DNA of 51,295 bases from an uncultured Myxococcales bacterium (lineage in GTDB: Bacteria; Myxococcota_A; UBA9042): NCBI GenBank assembly GCA_903896545.1, contig CAITYF010000229.1, forward strand, positions 1 to 51,295, given 5' to 3'. This document shows, one piece after another, positions 29,465 through 38,696 of this stretch; position 1 is the stretch's first letter; each line of letters starts with the position of its first letter. The position numbers and the translations under genes are program-made. Under the pieces are notes generated by a model, which was not told the DNA's origin, ran no database searches, and saw only the letters and a list, made by a program, of their open reading frames with translations.

Positions 29465-31171
29465 CTACGGCTGCACCGGCACTTCCAAGCGACACGGCAC
29501 CTCAGCCGTTCCCGTGAGCGTCAATTCGGCCGCTCCCGTTGCGGGCACGCGCTCAAACGTCCCCGCGTCGCCTGCCGCCACCGCGAGGCGCAACCGCGCT
29601 CCAGGCTGCACCGTCGCTGCGACCGCACGCATGCGCACAGTCGCCTGCCCCGACGTCACGCGCAGCAGGCCCTCCGTCACGTAGCGCACTGCGCCTTGGG
29701 GCGTCTCCACCTCCAGATAGGCGTGAAGCGCGCCCGCGCCCGCCGACGCTTGCACTGCACAGGTCACCGCAACCGTGCCAAAGATCCGCAACGGTTTGTC
29801 CAGCGGCTCCGTCCGCCAAGCCTCCACACCGGCAGCGTGCGACCGATCCGCGTAGCGCACCGGCTGCAGCATTCCGGACATCCAGCGATTCTGCGTGCCG
29901 GTCGTCGCCTCGGCCGTCCAGGGCACACGCGCGGTGAACGGCTTCGTGCCGCTGGTCGTCAAGTGCTGGTCCGGCTGCAGCGTCCAGGTCTTCGGCGCGG
30001 TCTGCGGCCAATCCGCGGCTTGCTGCCAACGGCCTTCACCTGCCACAAACCACCGACGCAGTGGCGGCTTCGCCGGTTGAGCAGACGCGCGCAAATGCCG
30101 GTCAAAGAAGCGCACGACTTCGTCCAAGTCCACAAGCGGCGTGTTCGCGTCGTCGAGCGGGTTAGCGCTCTCCGTGCCTTCGTGATTCCAAGCGCCGATG
30201 ACTGCTTCCGCGATGGGCATCGCCGCAGTGGCACGAAGCACAGCGTCGGCCGTCGCGCTGTCCCAGAAACTCCCCCAGATGCCGACTGCCGCCTGCGTAT
30301 GGGCGAGCTGTTCTGTCCAGGCGGAAGGTCCCAACGTCGCGACGGGCGGTCCATCGGGTCCAACCAAATCTTCGGGCCGACGCACGTTCTGCATGGCCTT
30401 GTCGACGTGTGGCGCGTCGCGCTGAGCGGCCAACGCGTGGAGCTTCGCACCGTCGTTGTCGCCATCCACCGGATGAACGCCGTCCACCACAAACCGCGCG
30501 TAGGGCGGGAACAACTTCGGGTATCGATTGTGGTCCAACGCCTCAACGCTCTCTTCCCACGCGGCGGGGAAGGAGACGTTCCGCACGCCACCGGGCGCAA
30601 GCAACTCGTCGAGCAGGTCCCACTCGATCTGCCGCGCCAGCACCGCCTTCAATGCGGCTCCCGCCGTCGCTGCGGCAAGCAGTGCCGTCGATCCCTCGTA
30701 ACTCACGCCCGTCGTGCCCACAGCGCCATCGGACCAGGGCTGCCGCGCGACCCAGCGCACGACTTCTCCCGCGTCCTCGACTTCCCTTCGCGAAAACGGG
30801 TGCGGCCACTTGCCCGTCGATGCCCCCGTTCCCCGCACGTCGACCAGCACCACCGCGTAGCCGGCCGCCACCAGCTTTTGCGCCACGTCATCGCGGGGCA
30901 TCGGTGGAACTTGCCCCGGCTGATCGGGAAAACGCAGCGCGAAAACCCGCCAGTAACGGGTCTGAATCACCACCGCCGGCAAGCGCGGCTGAGGCGGCGG
31001 ATCCGGGAGCAGCACAGTCGCGGCGAGCTGAACGCCGTCGGGCATCGGAATCGTCGGATGCGTCACCTGAACTGGCGGCCCAGGCTTGGGTGAAAAGACC
31101 AGCCACGCGACGACGACAAGTGCGAGGGCGGACACGACAAGAATCAACCGTTTGCGCTTACGCTGGAGCAT
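29465..31171 (-). CDS. CocE/NonD-family (S15 X-Pro dipeptidyl-peptidase-like) alpha/beta hydrolase, membrane-anchored or secreted
   Basis: N-terminal KRKRLILVVSALALVVVAWLV; catalytic-region motifs VLVDVRGTGASTG and GVSYEGSTALLAAA. Start is ATG 31171 or 31195. Confidence 0.7.
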   Translation of the reverse strand: MLQRKRKRLILVVSALALVVVAWLVFSPKPGPPVQVTHPTIPMPDGVQLAATVLLPDPPPQPRLPAVVIQTRYWRVFALRFPDQPGQVPPMPRDDVAQKLVAAGYAVVLVDVRGTGASTGKWPHPFSRREVEDAGEVVRWVARQPWSDGAVGTTGVSYEGSTALLAAATAGAALKAVLARQIEWDLLDELLAPGGVRNVSFPAAWEESVEALDHNRYPKLFPPYARFVVDGVHPVDGDNDGAKLHALAAQRDAPHVDKAMQNVRRPEDLVGPDGPPVATLGPSAWTEQLAHTQAAVGIWGSFWDSATADAVLRATAAMPIAEAVIGAWNHEGTESANPLDDANTPLVDLDEVVRFFDRHLRASAQPAKPPLRRWFVAGEGRWQQAADWPQTAPKTWTLQPDQHLTTSGTKPFTARVPWTAEATTGTQNRWMSGMLQPVRYADRSHAAGVEAWRTEPLDKPLRIFGTVAVTCAVQASAGAGALHAYLEVETPQGAVRYVTEGLLRVTSGQATVRMRAVAATVQPGARLRLAVAAGDAGTFERVPATGAAELTLTGTAEVPCRLEVPVQP

Positions 31172-31282
31172 GGGACACCCCATCGGACACAGCACACGGG
31201 GGATTCAGGCGCTGGCGGTCCGTTCACGCGCAGTCTGAAACGGCAGCAGAGAGGCGTCAACGGCTTGGCCGAGTCGCCGCGC

Positions 31283-32074
31283 TCAACTCCCTTTGCGCGC
31301 AGGCGGCGGCCCCGCAAAGCCAGCTTCGACTTGGGCAACGTCTTCAGCGGCAAAATACGCCGCGACCTGCGCGTGTTGCCCCGGACGCGTGTACACGTCC
31401 GCACGCGGGTGCTGCAGGCAATCGACGATCACGGCGGCGATCTCTTCTGGAGAGGCAGCGCCCGGAAAATTCCGCGAATCGAGACCGCCACCCAGCGCGC
31501 GCAGGCCAAATTCGGTCGCAACGACGCCTGGATAGACAGTCGACACGTGGATTTTGGGGAACGCGACACGCAAATCCATGCGCAGGTTGATCGCCAGCGA
31601 GTTCAGGAACGCCTTGGACGCGCTGTAGGCAGAACGCTGTGAAGCGAACGGAATGCGGCCCAGCATCGACGAGACGTTCACAATGTGGCCTGTGCCGCGC
31701 TGCTGGAAATGCGGCAGCACAGCTTGGATGCCATAGAGCGCCGACTTCACGTTCACGGCGACCATTTCGTCGATGTCGTCATCGGTGAGGTCGGCGACCG
31801 ATCGCGTGATCCCGCGACCGACGTTGTTCACCCACGCGTCGATGCGGCCAAAGCGCGTGAGCGTCTCGGCCACGACCCGTTGGACCTCTGCGCGTTGCGT
31901 GACGTCGGCCACAATGGCCAACGCCAGCGGGTGACTTGCGGCCGCGACCGCCTCCAGTTCCACGCGGCTCCGCGCCACGACGACGGGAATCGCCTGATGT
32001 TGCCCGACCAAACGCGCCAGCGCCGCGCCGATGCCCCTGCTCGCGCCCGTGATGACGATGATTTTGTCCTGCAT
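31283..32074 (-). CDS. SDR-family oxidoreductase
   Basis: VITGASRGIGAALA, NNVG, YSASK. Confidence 0.8.
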   Translation of the reverse strand: MQDKIIVITGASRGIGAALARLVGQHQAIPVVVARSRVELEAVAAASHPLALAIVADVTQRAEVQRVVAETLTRFGRIDAWVNNVGRGITRSVADLTDDDIDEMVAVNVKSALYGIQAVLPHFQQRGTGHIVNVSSMLGRIPFASQRSAYSASKAFLNSLAINLRMDLRVAFPKIHVSTVYPGVVATEFGLRALGGGLDSRNFPGAASPEEIAAVIVDCLQHPRADVYTRPGQHAQVAAYFAAEDVAQVEAGFAGPPPARKGS

Positions 32075-32089
32075 ACGAGTTCCTTGAGG

Positions 32090-32701
32090 TCAGCGCGGCA
32101 ACAGCGGGTCCGCGGAAGTGCCGTTGGGACGCGGCAGCACATCTTCCGCGCGCAGCGGGCCTTCGCGTTTCAACAGCCAAAAGTCGCGCAGCGGCACCTG
32201 GATTCCGGCGACGTTGAAGATTTCCCACCCGAGAAGCAAGTCACTGCGACCCGAATTCACCGCGACCAACGGGCAATAGCCGCAATTGGCGGGAAAATCG
32301 AGGGCGTGATTGCCGGCAAAGCGATAGTCCAGGTAGTGACCGCCCGTCCAGCCGCCCGGAAATTTCAGCCCGGCGGCCGCCCGCACTTCGTAGTGGCCAA
32401 ACGTCAGCGCCTTCCCTTTGCCGTCGACCTTCGCCGGTGGCGGCGAGTCCCACCCCACCTGCTCCACCTTCACGTTCCAACCGCGGATTCGCCCCGACGC
32501 CGGGTCGCGGTGAAACGTCTTGCGAAACGACTTCCACATGAGCTTGTGAAACCACGCGGGCATGGACAAATCAATGCCGGTGTAGCTCGTGTCCGCCAGC
32601 GCATCGAGGTCCAACGGCGCGCCGCGCGCGACGATCGCCATGAGTTCGTCGCCAGACATCTTCAGCAGTTGGTCCAGTTCAATCGCCATCGGGATCCTCA
32701 C
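32090..32701 (-). CDS. Hypothetical protein, possibly GXWXG/DUF4334-like (weak)
   Basis: Open frame with codon bias; contains GGWTGG; no catalytic motif recognised. Confidence 0.35.
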   Translation of the reverse strand: MRIPMAIELDQLLKMSGDELMAIVARGAPLDLDALADTSYTGIDLSMPAWFHKLMWKSFRKTFHRDPASGRIRGWNVKVEQVGWDSPPPAKVDGKGKALTFGHYEVRAAAGLKFPGGWTGGHYLDYRFAGNHALDFPANCGYCPLVAVNSGRSDLLLGWEIFNVAGIQVPLRDFWLLKREGPLRAEDVLPRPNGTSADPLLPR

Positions 32702-32716
32702 GTGTTCGCAGGTTTT

Positions 32717-33445
32717 CTAGGCTTTTTCCGCCAAAATCTCCGGAAAATACCGCTGCTCAATCCGCAGCGTATGCGCAACCAGGTTCGAACGCGACAGCGC
32801 GAAGTCCTTGAGAGGACTGGGAATCGGCGCGTCAATGATGTTGCTCAGCGCGGCAAAGACCGTCGCGTCCGTGGTCGTCGCCTGTTCGCCAAAAAAGAAT
32901 GGCTTGTCCCCCAGAAAATCCGAAACCGCCTCCAGATCGGCGATTCCCAGTTGCGCCACTTCTTCCCGCGAGTGCCGCCCCATCCCCTGCTGCTGCAATT
33001 GCGCCAGCAGGTTGGCCTTGGCGCCGTCCACGATCTGCAACCGCACTTCTTCGGGCAGCACGGGCGGCAGCATGCCGAGGAAAGTGTCGCGCATGGTCAG
33101 GAAATTCTGTTCGTCGCGCCAGCGGAAATACACGATCGACCAATAAAAATCCTCTTTCAACATGCGGCGAAACGCCAGACCCACGCCGCGTTCCGCGGGC
33201 GTCAAGTGCTGGTCGGGATCGACGCCGTAACGCGCCTTCAGCTGGTCCAACAGCAGCGTCGCATCGCCGGTCACCGCGTCGCCGTCTTCTACGAACGGCA
33301 CTTTGCCTTTGGGCGCGCGGGAAAGGTCAAAAGGGCCGAGTTCGTAGGGAATGTTCGTGATACGCAGCCAAGTTTCCAGTTTGGCGCACGGCGGGCTGAT
33401 GTTGGGAATTCCCCAAGCGCGGGGCATTTGATAGAGCGTGAGCAT
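32717..33445 (-). CDS. Glutathione S-transferase family protein
   Basis: Start at the internal ATG 33445 (MLTLYQMPRAWGIPNISPPCAKLETWL). Thioredoxin-like N-domain with KVPFVEDGD; helical C-domain. Confidence 0.6.
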   Translation of the reverse strand: MLTLYQMPRAWGIPNISPPCAKLETWLRITNIPYELGPFDLSRAPKGKVPFVEDGDAVTGDATLLLDQLKARYGVDPDQHLTPAERGVGLAFRRMLKEDFYWSIVYFRWRDEQNFLTMRDTFLGMLPPVLPEEVRLQIVDGAKANLLAQLQQQGMGRHSREEVAQLGIADLEAVSDFLGDKPFFFGEQATTTDATVFAALSNIIDAPIPSPLKDFALSRSNLVAHTLRIEQRYFPEILAEKA

Positions 33446-33473
33446 GGTCGAAATCCTTTGGCGTCTTGAGCCC

Positions 33474-34286
33474 TTACGATGCCGCACCGATCGCTGCGTG
33501 CAGCGGGACTGCGGTCAAGAAACGATCCCGCGCGGTGGACTCCTGAAAGCGCTCGGCGTCGGTGCGCAGTTTCTGCCCTGCCCTGTGCGCGAGCGCCCGG
33601 GCGCGGTCGACGTCGCCACCTTGGCGAAACGCGTCGGCCGCCGCGTGCAAGAGTGCCAGTTCTGCGTAACCACCGCCATCCAAACCGGCCATTTCTGTCA
33701 ACGCGTCGTCCGCGAGCACACAGGCCTCCGCTGCGCGCGCCGATTGCGTCAACAACGTCAGCAAGGTCGCGACCATCTGCAGCCGACGAATCGGCGTGTG
33801 CGGGGAGAGTTCGATGGCCTTGCGCACTTCACTTTCCGCCTGTGGCAAGTCGCCCAGAGCGAGGCGCACTTGCGCCACGACGTGCCGCGCCATGGCCTGA
33901 AATCCAACGGAGATCGCGTCGCGTGCAAGCACGGCTTGCGCCACTTCCTCGGCTTCTTGCCACTTTTGCGCGATGATCAAACCGTTGGACAAACACTGCT
34001 GACCGTGGGTGACGAGGTAGTCAAAACCACGCTGCCACGTGTGCCCGTGCGCGACGTACGCCACGATGCCGGGATGGTCCAGCTGCGCGAGCACTTCCAC
34101 CTCGCGGGCAAAACGCGCAACTTCGACCGGGCTCAGCTGTTCGTGCATGAGCTTGATGGCGACCGGAACGTCACGCACGACGTCGAGCCCGCGATAGACG
34201 CGGCCCATGCCACCAGAACTGGCTAACTCCTGAATTTGGAAGCGCCCCGCCACGAACGCGGTCGGCCCCAATGCTGCGATGCCCAA
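33474..34286 (-). CDS. Ser/Thr-kinase-like protein retaining only the N-lobe (Gly-rich loop, VAIK, alphaC Glu), fused in frame to a helical domain; possible pseudokinase or decayed kinase
   Basis: RFQIQELASSGGMGRVYRGLDVVRDVPVAIKLM...RFAREVEVLAQLDHPGIVAYV...DYLV, then no HRDLKPxN, DFG or APE. The remaining about 170 aa are Ala/Leu-rich and helical. Confidence 0.5.
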   Translation of the reverse strand: MGIAALGPTAFVAGRFQIQELASSGGMGRVYRGLDVVRDVPVAIKLMHEQLSPVEVARFAREVEVLAQLDHPGIVAYVAHGHTWQRGFDYLVTHGQQCLSNGLIIAQKWQEAEEVAQAVLARDAISVGFQAMARHVVAQVRLALGDLPQAESEVRKAIELSPHTPIRRLQMVATLLTLLTQSARAAEACVLADDALTEMAGLDGGGYAELALLHAAADAFRQGGDVDRARALAHRAGQKLRTDAERFQESTARDRFLTAVPLHAAIGAAS

Positions 34287-34425
34287 GCCGTCCTCACGCG
34301 CGAGCGAGCGCCCGACGCCCCGGTCGCTGGAACCGGGGCACCATTCGCCGCGATTCTACACATGCTGACCGCTTGTGAACACTCTGCTGAAGGGAGTCAG
34401 ACCGGTTGCAGCGCAGATTTGGAAC

Positions 34426-34493
34426 GTGCACCTCCGGTGGCACGCCGTGGATGGAAGCGGTTTGATCTCGAACTTCGGTCGGAGTGTGTAGGG
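34426..34493. repeat. Copy of the dispersed intergenic repeat element
   Basis: gtgcacctccggtggcacg - N21 - ctcgaacttcggtcggagtgtgtaggg, directly after the VOC stop. Confidence 0.6.
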
Positions 34494-34498
34494 CGCGG

Positions 34499-35227
34499 CT
34501 AGCGCACCTTCTGCACAATCGCCAGCTGATTCCCATCGGGGTCGACGATAATGGTCATCAGGCTGCCGTCCCCCAAATCGTGCGGCTTGTCCAGGACTGC
34601 GCCACCGTTCGCCGCGACGCTCGCCGCAGTCGCGACGATGTCGATGACGTCCACGTAGTCAATGATGCCCCGGCGTTGCGCGCCTGCGACGCCACCCACG
34701 AGCGCGACCGGCGGATGCGTTTGGGTGCAGAGCGCGTATTCAGTGGCACCGACAACGCGCGTGAATTTCCAACCCGCGAGCGCCTCGTAATACGCCATGG
34801 CCGCTTCCAGATCCGCCGTTCCCCATTCCATCAGCGCAACCGCGTTTTGCCCGGAACCGACCAACTGCGGCACCTCCGCGGCGTCTGGCTGCCAGAACGC
34901 CACTTCGTTATTCCATGGGTCCAGGGTGTCCGTCCACGCGCCCACGCCGTCCACAACTGTGTGCTCCACAGCGACGCGCCCGCCGAGCTTCAGCGCCTTT
35001 GCTGCGTCCGCCGTGCAGTTCTTGGAGCGCAGATAGTGGCAAATGCCAAGCGGCATCCCCGAATCGCCAATCTCCCAAATTCCGCCGATCGGCGCCTTTC
35101 CGGTGTCAAACATCGCGTACGAGTCAGCAACCGGCGTGATTTGCCAGTCAAACACCGCGCCGTAGAACGCGACCGACCGCTTCAGGTCGTGGACGCGGAT
35201 TTCCAATTGCCAGATCGGGGTCGACAT
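34499..35227 (-). CDS. Two-domain VOC (glyoxalase / bleomycin-resistance / extradiol-dioxygenase fold) protein
   Basis: ggagg RBS before ATG 35227; two tandem betaalphabetabetabeta modules (WQLEIRVHDLKRSVAFYGAVFDW and a second copy). Confidence 0.6.
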   Translation of the reverse strand: MSTPIWQLEIRVHDLKRSVAFYGAVFDWQITPVADSYAMFDTGKAPIGGIWEIGDSGMPLGICHYLRSKNCTADAAKALKLGGRVAVEHTVVDGVGAWTDTLDPWNNEVAFWQPDAAEVPQLVGSGQNAVALMEWGTADLEAAMAYYEALAGWKFTRVVGATEYALCTQTHPPVALVGGVAGAQRRGIIDYVDVIDIVATAASVAANGGAVLDKPHDLGDGSLMTIIVDPDGNQLAIVQKVR

Positions 35228-35272
35228 GCGTTTCCTCCAAGGATTCACAAGGTAGCTGCGTTTGCGTCCACG

Positions 35273-36280
35273 TCAATCCGGCGTCGGCAGTCCCAGCCAG
35301 GTCCACGCGTTCTCCCAGAGAATCTTGTGCCGAGTCGCCGCGTCCGTGACGTGCGCTCGCACAAGTTCGCCGGGCCGCGACTCGCCGAGCGGAAACGGGT
35401 AGTCGCTTCCCACGACGAGCTTCTCGGCGCCAAATACGTCGAGCGCCAGAGCCAGCGCGCGCGGTTCGTGAACCAGCGCGTCGACCCAAAGGCGCCGGGC
35501 AAAATGCGACGGTGGCTCCTGGATGTGCGTCGCACACAAGTCCGGCCGCGCGTGCCAACCGTGGTCAATGCGCCCCAGCGTACCGGGGAAACTGCCGCCG
35601 CCGTGGGCAAAACACATCCGCAGCGCGGGAAAATCCTGGAGAATGCCGCCCATGATAACGGAGCACATCGCCCGCGACGACTCCGCCGGCATCCCAACCA
35701 GCCACGGCAGCCAGTGCCGAGGCATCGTCTCCTGGCCCATCATCTCCCACGGATGCACAAAAACCGCGGCGTTCAGTTCCGCCGCGCGTTGCCAAATCGG
35801 CCGCAGGCGCGGGTCATCCAGGTTCATGCCGCGAATGTGGCTGCCCACCTGCACGCCGCGCAGCCCGAGTTCCAGCACGCATCGCTCCATCTCGCGCACC
35901 GCCAAATCCGGCGCCTGCATCGGCAGCGTGCCCAGCCCTTGAAATCGCGTCGGATGCTGCCGGCACACTTCTGCCACGTGGTCGTTGAGAAACCGCGCGA
36001 CGTCCAGACCGTGCTGGGGCTGCGCGTGGTACGCAAAAAGCACGGGGATGGTCGAGAGCACTTGGACCTGAACGCCGACAGCCTCGCACTCGCGGATGCG
36101 CGTTTGCGGATCCCAGCAGTTCGCTTCGATCTCGCGGAACAGTGAGCCATCGTCGCGTAACATGCGTGCGCGGCAGTCGGCGTGGTGATCCAGCGTGACA
36201 AACCCGCCATAACCGAACTGTTCCGCCCAACGCGGCAAGTGCGGCGGCAAAATGTGCGTGTGGACGTCGACCGTGCGCAT
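35273..36280 (-). CDS. Amidohydrolase-2 family decarboxylase, ACMSD-like (2-amino-3-carboxymuconate-6-semialdehyde decarboxylase)
   Basis: Start ATG 36280 overlaps the HAAO stop (TGATG). Metal ligands in DVHTHILPP, HPWEM, FAHGGG and GSDYPFPLGE. Confidence 0.75.
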   Translation of the reverse strand: MRTVDVHTHILPPHLPRWAEQFGYGGFVTLDHHADCRARMLRDDGSLFREIEANCWDPQTRIRECEAVGVQVQVLSTIPVLFAYHAQPQHGLDVARFLNDHVAEVCRQHPTRFQGLGTLPMQAPDLAVREMERCVLELGLRGVQVGSHIRGMNLDDPRLRPIWQRAAELNAAVFVHPWEMMGQETMPRHWLPWLVGMPAESSRAMCSVIMGGILQDFPALRMCFAHGGGSFPGTLGRIDHGWHARPDLCATHIQEPPSHFARRLWVDALVHEPRALALALDVFGAEKLVVGSDYPFPLGESRPGELVRAHVTDAATRHKILWENAWTWLGLPTPD

Positions 36281-36798
36281 CAAGCGGGCCGCGGTGGTCG
36301 GCTGTGTGTCTGCCCGCAGGCGGTGCACGTCGTGTGCGCGGGGTCGGACCAGTAGCGCTCAAAAACCGGCGGCAGGTCGGCGACGATGTCGTTCAGCGGC
36401 AGAAATTCCTCGTACAACTTGTGCCCGCACGCGTCACACACCCAGAGAAATCCGTCCAATTCGTGCGGCAGGCGTTTGCGCTCCAGAACCAGGCCAACCG
36501 TGCCCGCGGGGCGCTGCGGTGAATGCGGCACATTGCCGGGCAGCAGAAACATGGAGCCTGCGGCGATGACGACGTCCTTCTTGACGCCGTCCTCCAAGAT
36601 CCGCAGCGTCATGTCGCCTTCCAGCTGCCAGAAGAACTCTTCGCCCGCGTTGATGTGGTAGTCCTGCCGCGAATTCGGTCCGCCGACGACGGTCACCATG
36701 AACTCGCGGTTGGGCCAAATCTGCTGGTTTCCAACGGGCGGCTTCAGCGCGTGGCGGTTCTCGGCCAGCCACTTGGCAAAATCGAGCGGCATGTCCAT
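36280..36798 (-). CDS. 3-Hydroxyanthranilate 3,4-dioxygenase (cupin) with C-terminal rubredoxin-like Cys4 site
   Basis: 172 aa. MDMPLDFAKWLAEN..., cupin His/Glu, C-terminal CDACGHKL...CTACGQ. Family-typical size and motifs. Confidence 0.85.
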   Translation of the reverse strand: MDMPLDFAKWLAENRHALKPPVGNQQIWPNREFMVTVVGGPNSRQDYHINAGEEFFWQLEGDMTLRILEDGVKKDVVIAAGSMFLLPGNVPHSPQRPAGTVGLVLERKRLPHELDGFLWVCDACGHKLYEEFLPLNDIVADLPPVFERYWSDPAHTTCTACGQTHSRPPRPA

Positions 36799-36807
36799 CG
36801 CGCGCTC

Positions 36808-37428
36808 CTACTTCTTTTCCGACAGCACAGCGCCGATGCCGTCCAAGCGCACAAGCGTTTCGGGCGCGGTCACGGAATTCGGATCAAACGGCTTGCCCTG
36901 CTCGTCCGCCTCGTGTTGCTTCACTTTGCGGGTCTGTTCCAACGACAACGGGATCAGCCGCACCGTGCCTTCCGCAATCGCATGTTTACCCGCAGAATCC
37001 TTCGGGAAGACGATGTCGCCATCGGTGACCTTGAATTTGATTTTCTTGCCGGGCTGATCGCCCGTTACTTCCATCCAGCAGCCGGCCATTTGGCAGACGT
37101 CGGCAACATCGCCTTCCACGCGCACGCGCTTGCCTGCCCACGCTTCGGGGTTGGCGAGAATTTGGCTGACGACGGTGTTGTCCTTGAGGGTCACGCCCGC
37201 GCCGTACTTCGTGCCGGCAATGTCGAGCACCGCGGCCGTCGTCGGAGCGCCAGGCAGCGGCGCAAGCGGATCGCCCGGACCACAACCAGTGCCCTGACAG
37301 GCCGGCGCAGCAGCAGGCGCAGCGACGGTCGCCGGAACCGCGGGCTTGGCAGCGGCGGGTGCGGGTGACTTGGACTCTTCACAACCAGCCGCGACAAGGG
37401 CGGCAACGACAAGGAGCAAACAACGCAT
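36808..37428 (-). CDS. DUF4920-like lipoprotein with Ala/Pro linker
   Basis: Start ATG 37428 (MRCLLLVVAALVAAGCEES lipobox). C-terminal block GDVADVCQMAGCWMEVTGD...KFKVTDGDIVFPKDSAGKHAIAEG. Confidence 0.5.
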   Translation of the reverse strand: MRCLLLVVAALVAAGCEESKSPAPAAAKPAVPATVAAPAAAPACQGTGCGPGDPLAPLPGAPTTAAVLDIAGTKYGAGVTLKDNTVVSQILANPEAWAGKRVRVEGDVADVCQMAGCWMEVTGDQPGKKIKFKVTDGDIVFPKDSAGKHAIAEGTVRLIPLSLEQTRKVKQHEADEQGKPFDPNSVTAPETLVRLDGIGAVLSEKK

Positions 37429-37520
37429 GAAACCTCTCAGAACGACCGGACGCGTAAGGTAGCAGTGTTGCGAAGCGCGCGCCAAGGGGACAATCGCGCG
37501 TTCCATGAAGGTGCGCGCAT

Positions 37521-38696
37521 TTGCCGCAGCACAACGCAATCTTGCGCCCACGTCGACTTCCCCGCAAACTGCCGCGCTCGATGCCGTCGTCGCCGCCCAC
37601 CGCTACTTCTCCTCTGCCCGCTGGCGCTTGGCGTCCGGACGCGCTCGTTGCGACGCTGCACGCGGCTGGCCTGCGGCCGATGCAGGCGCGCGACGCGGCC
37701 AAAGTCTGGATGAACGGCTACCACCGGGACCATCTCGACCGCGCAGCCGCCTTGGCCCTGGTTCCCCCCGTTCAAGCGCGTTTTCTGGCGCCACTTCTGC
37801 TGGAAGATCGGCCGCTGCTTGCGGTTGAAGAAGTCATCGCCGCTGACCAAACCCGGCGTCTGCTGTGGCAAACCCACGACGGCCTCGTCATCGAAAGCGT
37901 GATCATTCCCGCCGACAATGGACAACGCGTGACGCTTTGCGTGTCGAGCCAAGTCGGTTGCGGAAGGCGCTGTGCATTTTGTGAAACGGGGCGCTTGGGA
38001 CTTGTCCGCAACCTCGGTGTGGACGAGATCGCCGCGCAATTCCGCCTCGCCAGTCAACTGTGGAACCGCGTGCGGGGGCAATTACCGGCGATCAGCAACG
38101 TCGTGTTCATGGGCATGGGCGAACCGCTGGACAACCTGGAGAACGTGCTCAACGCGATCGCGCTCCTGACGCACGACTGGACGTATGGTCTTTCCGCACG
38201 AAAAGTGTCGGTGAGTACGGTCGGCGTCGCGCAAAAGTTCGCCGCGTTTTTTGCCGGCACGCAAGCGAACCTCGCACTGAGTCTGAACGCGCCGGACGAC
38301 GCGCGCCGCAGCGAACTCATGCCGGTGAATCAGCGCGTGTCCATGGCAGACCTGAAGGCGGCGCTCGTGGCGCACCTGCCCCGCGGTCGGTCTGTGCTCG
38401 TCGAGTACATTCTTTTCGCCGGGCTGAACGACGCGCCGGCGGACGCCGAACTGCTGCGCGCGTGGCTGGACGGCGTGCCGGCAAGGCTCAACTTGATCCC
38501 GGCGAATCCGGGACCAGACCCGCGGCTGCAAAGCCCGACCCATGAAGCGGTGTGGGCTTTCCAAAAGCAGCTTTTGGACGCGGGCGTGCGCGTGATGGTG
38601 CGCTACCCCCATGGGCGCGACGTGGGCGGCGCGTGCGGACAATTGGCAGGCGCGCATCGGCAGAAGCGCGGCCACAACGAGGTGTCGCATGGCTGA
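37521..38696 (+). CDS. rlmN: Radical-SAM 23S rRNA/tRNA adenine C2-methyltransferase, RlmN/Cfr family, with Pro/Arg-rich N-terminal extension
   Basis: CVSSQVGCGRRCAFCETG (CxxxCxxC), GMGEPLDNL, methyl-carrier Cys in GGACGQLAG. Start is uncertain (alternative ATG at 37581). Confidence 0.8.
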   Translation: MPQHNAILRPRRLPRKLPRSMPSSPPTATSPLPAGAWRPDALVATLHAAGLRPMQARDAAKVWMNGYHRDHLDRAAALALVPPVQARFLAPLLLEDRPLLAVEEVIAADQTRRLLWQTHDGLVIESVIIPADNGQRVTLCVSSQVGCGRRCAFCETGRLGLVRNLGVDEIAAQFRLASQLWNRVRGQLPAISNVVFMGMGEPLDNLENVLNAIALLTHDWTYGLSARKVSVSTVGVAQKFAAFFAGTQANLALSLNAPDDARRSELMPVNQRVSMADLKAALVAHLPRGRSVLVEYILFAGLNDAPADAELLRAWLDGVPARLNLIPANPGPDPRLQSPTHEAVWAFQKQLLDAGVRVMVRYPHGRDVGGACGQLAGAHRQKRGHNEVSHG

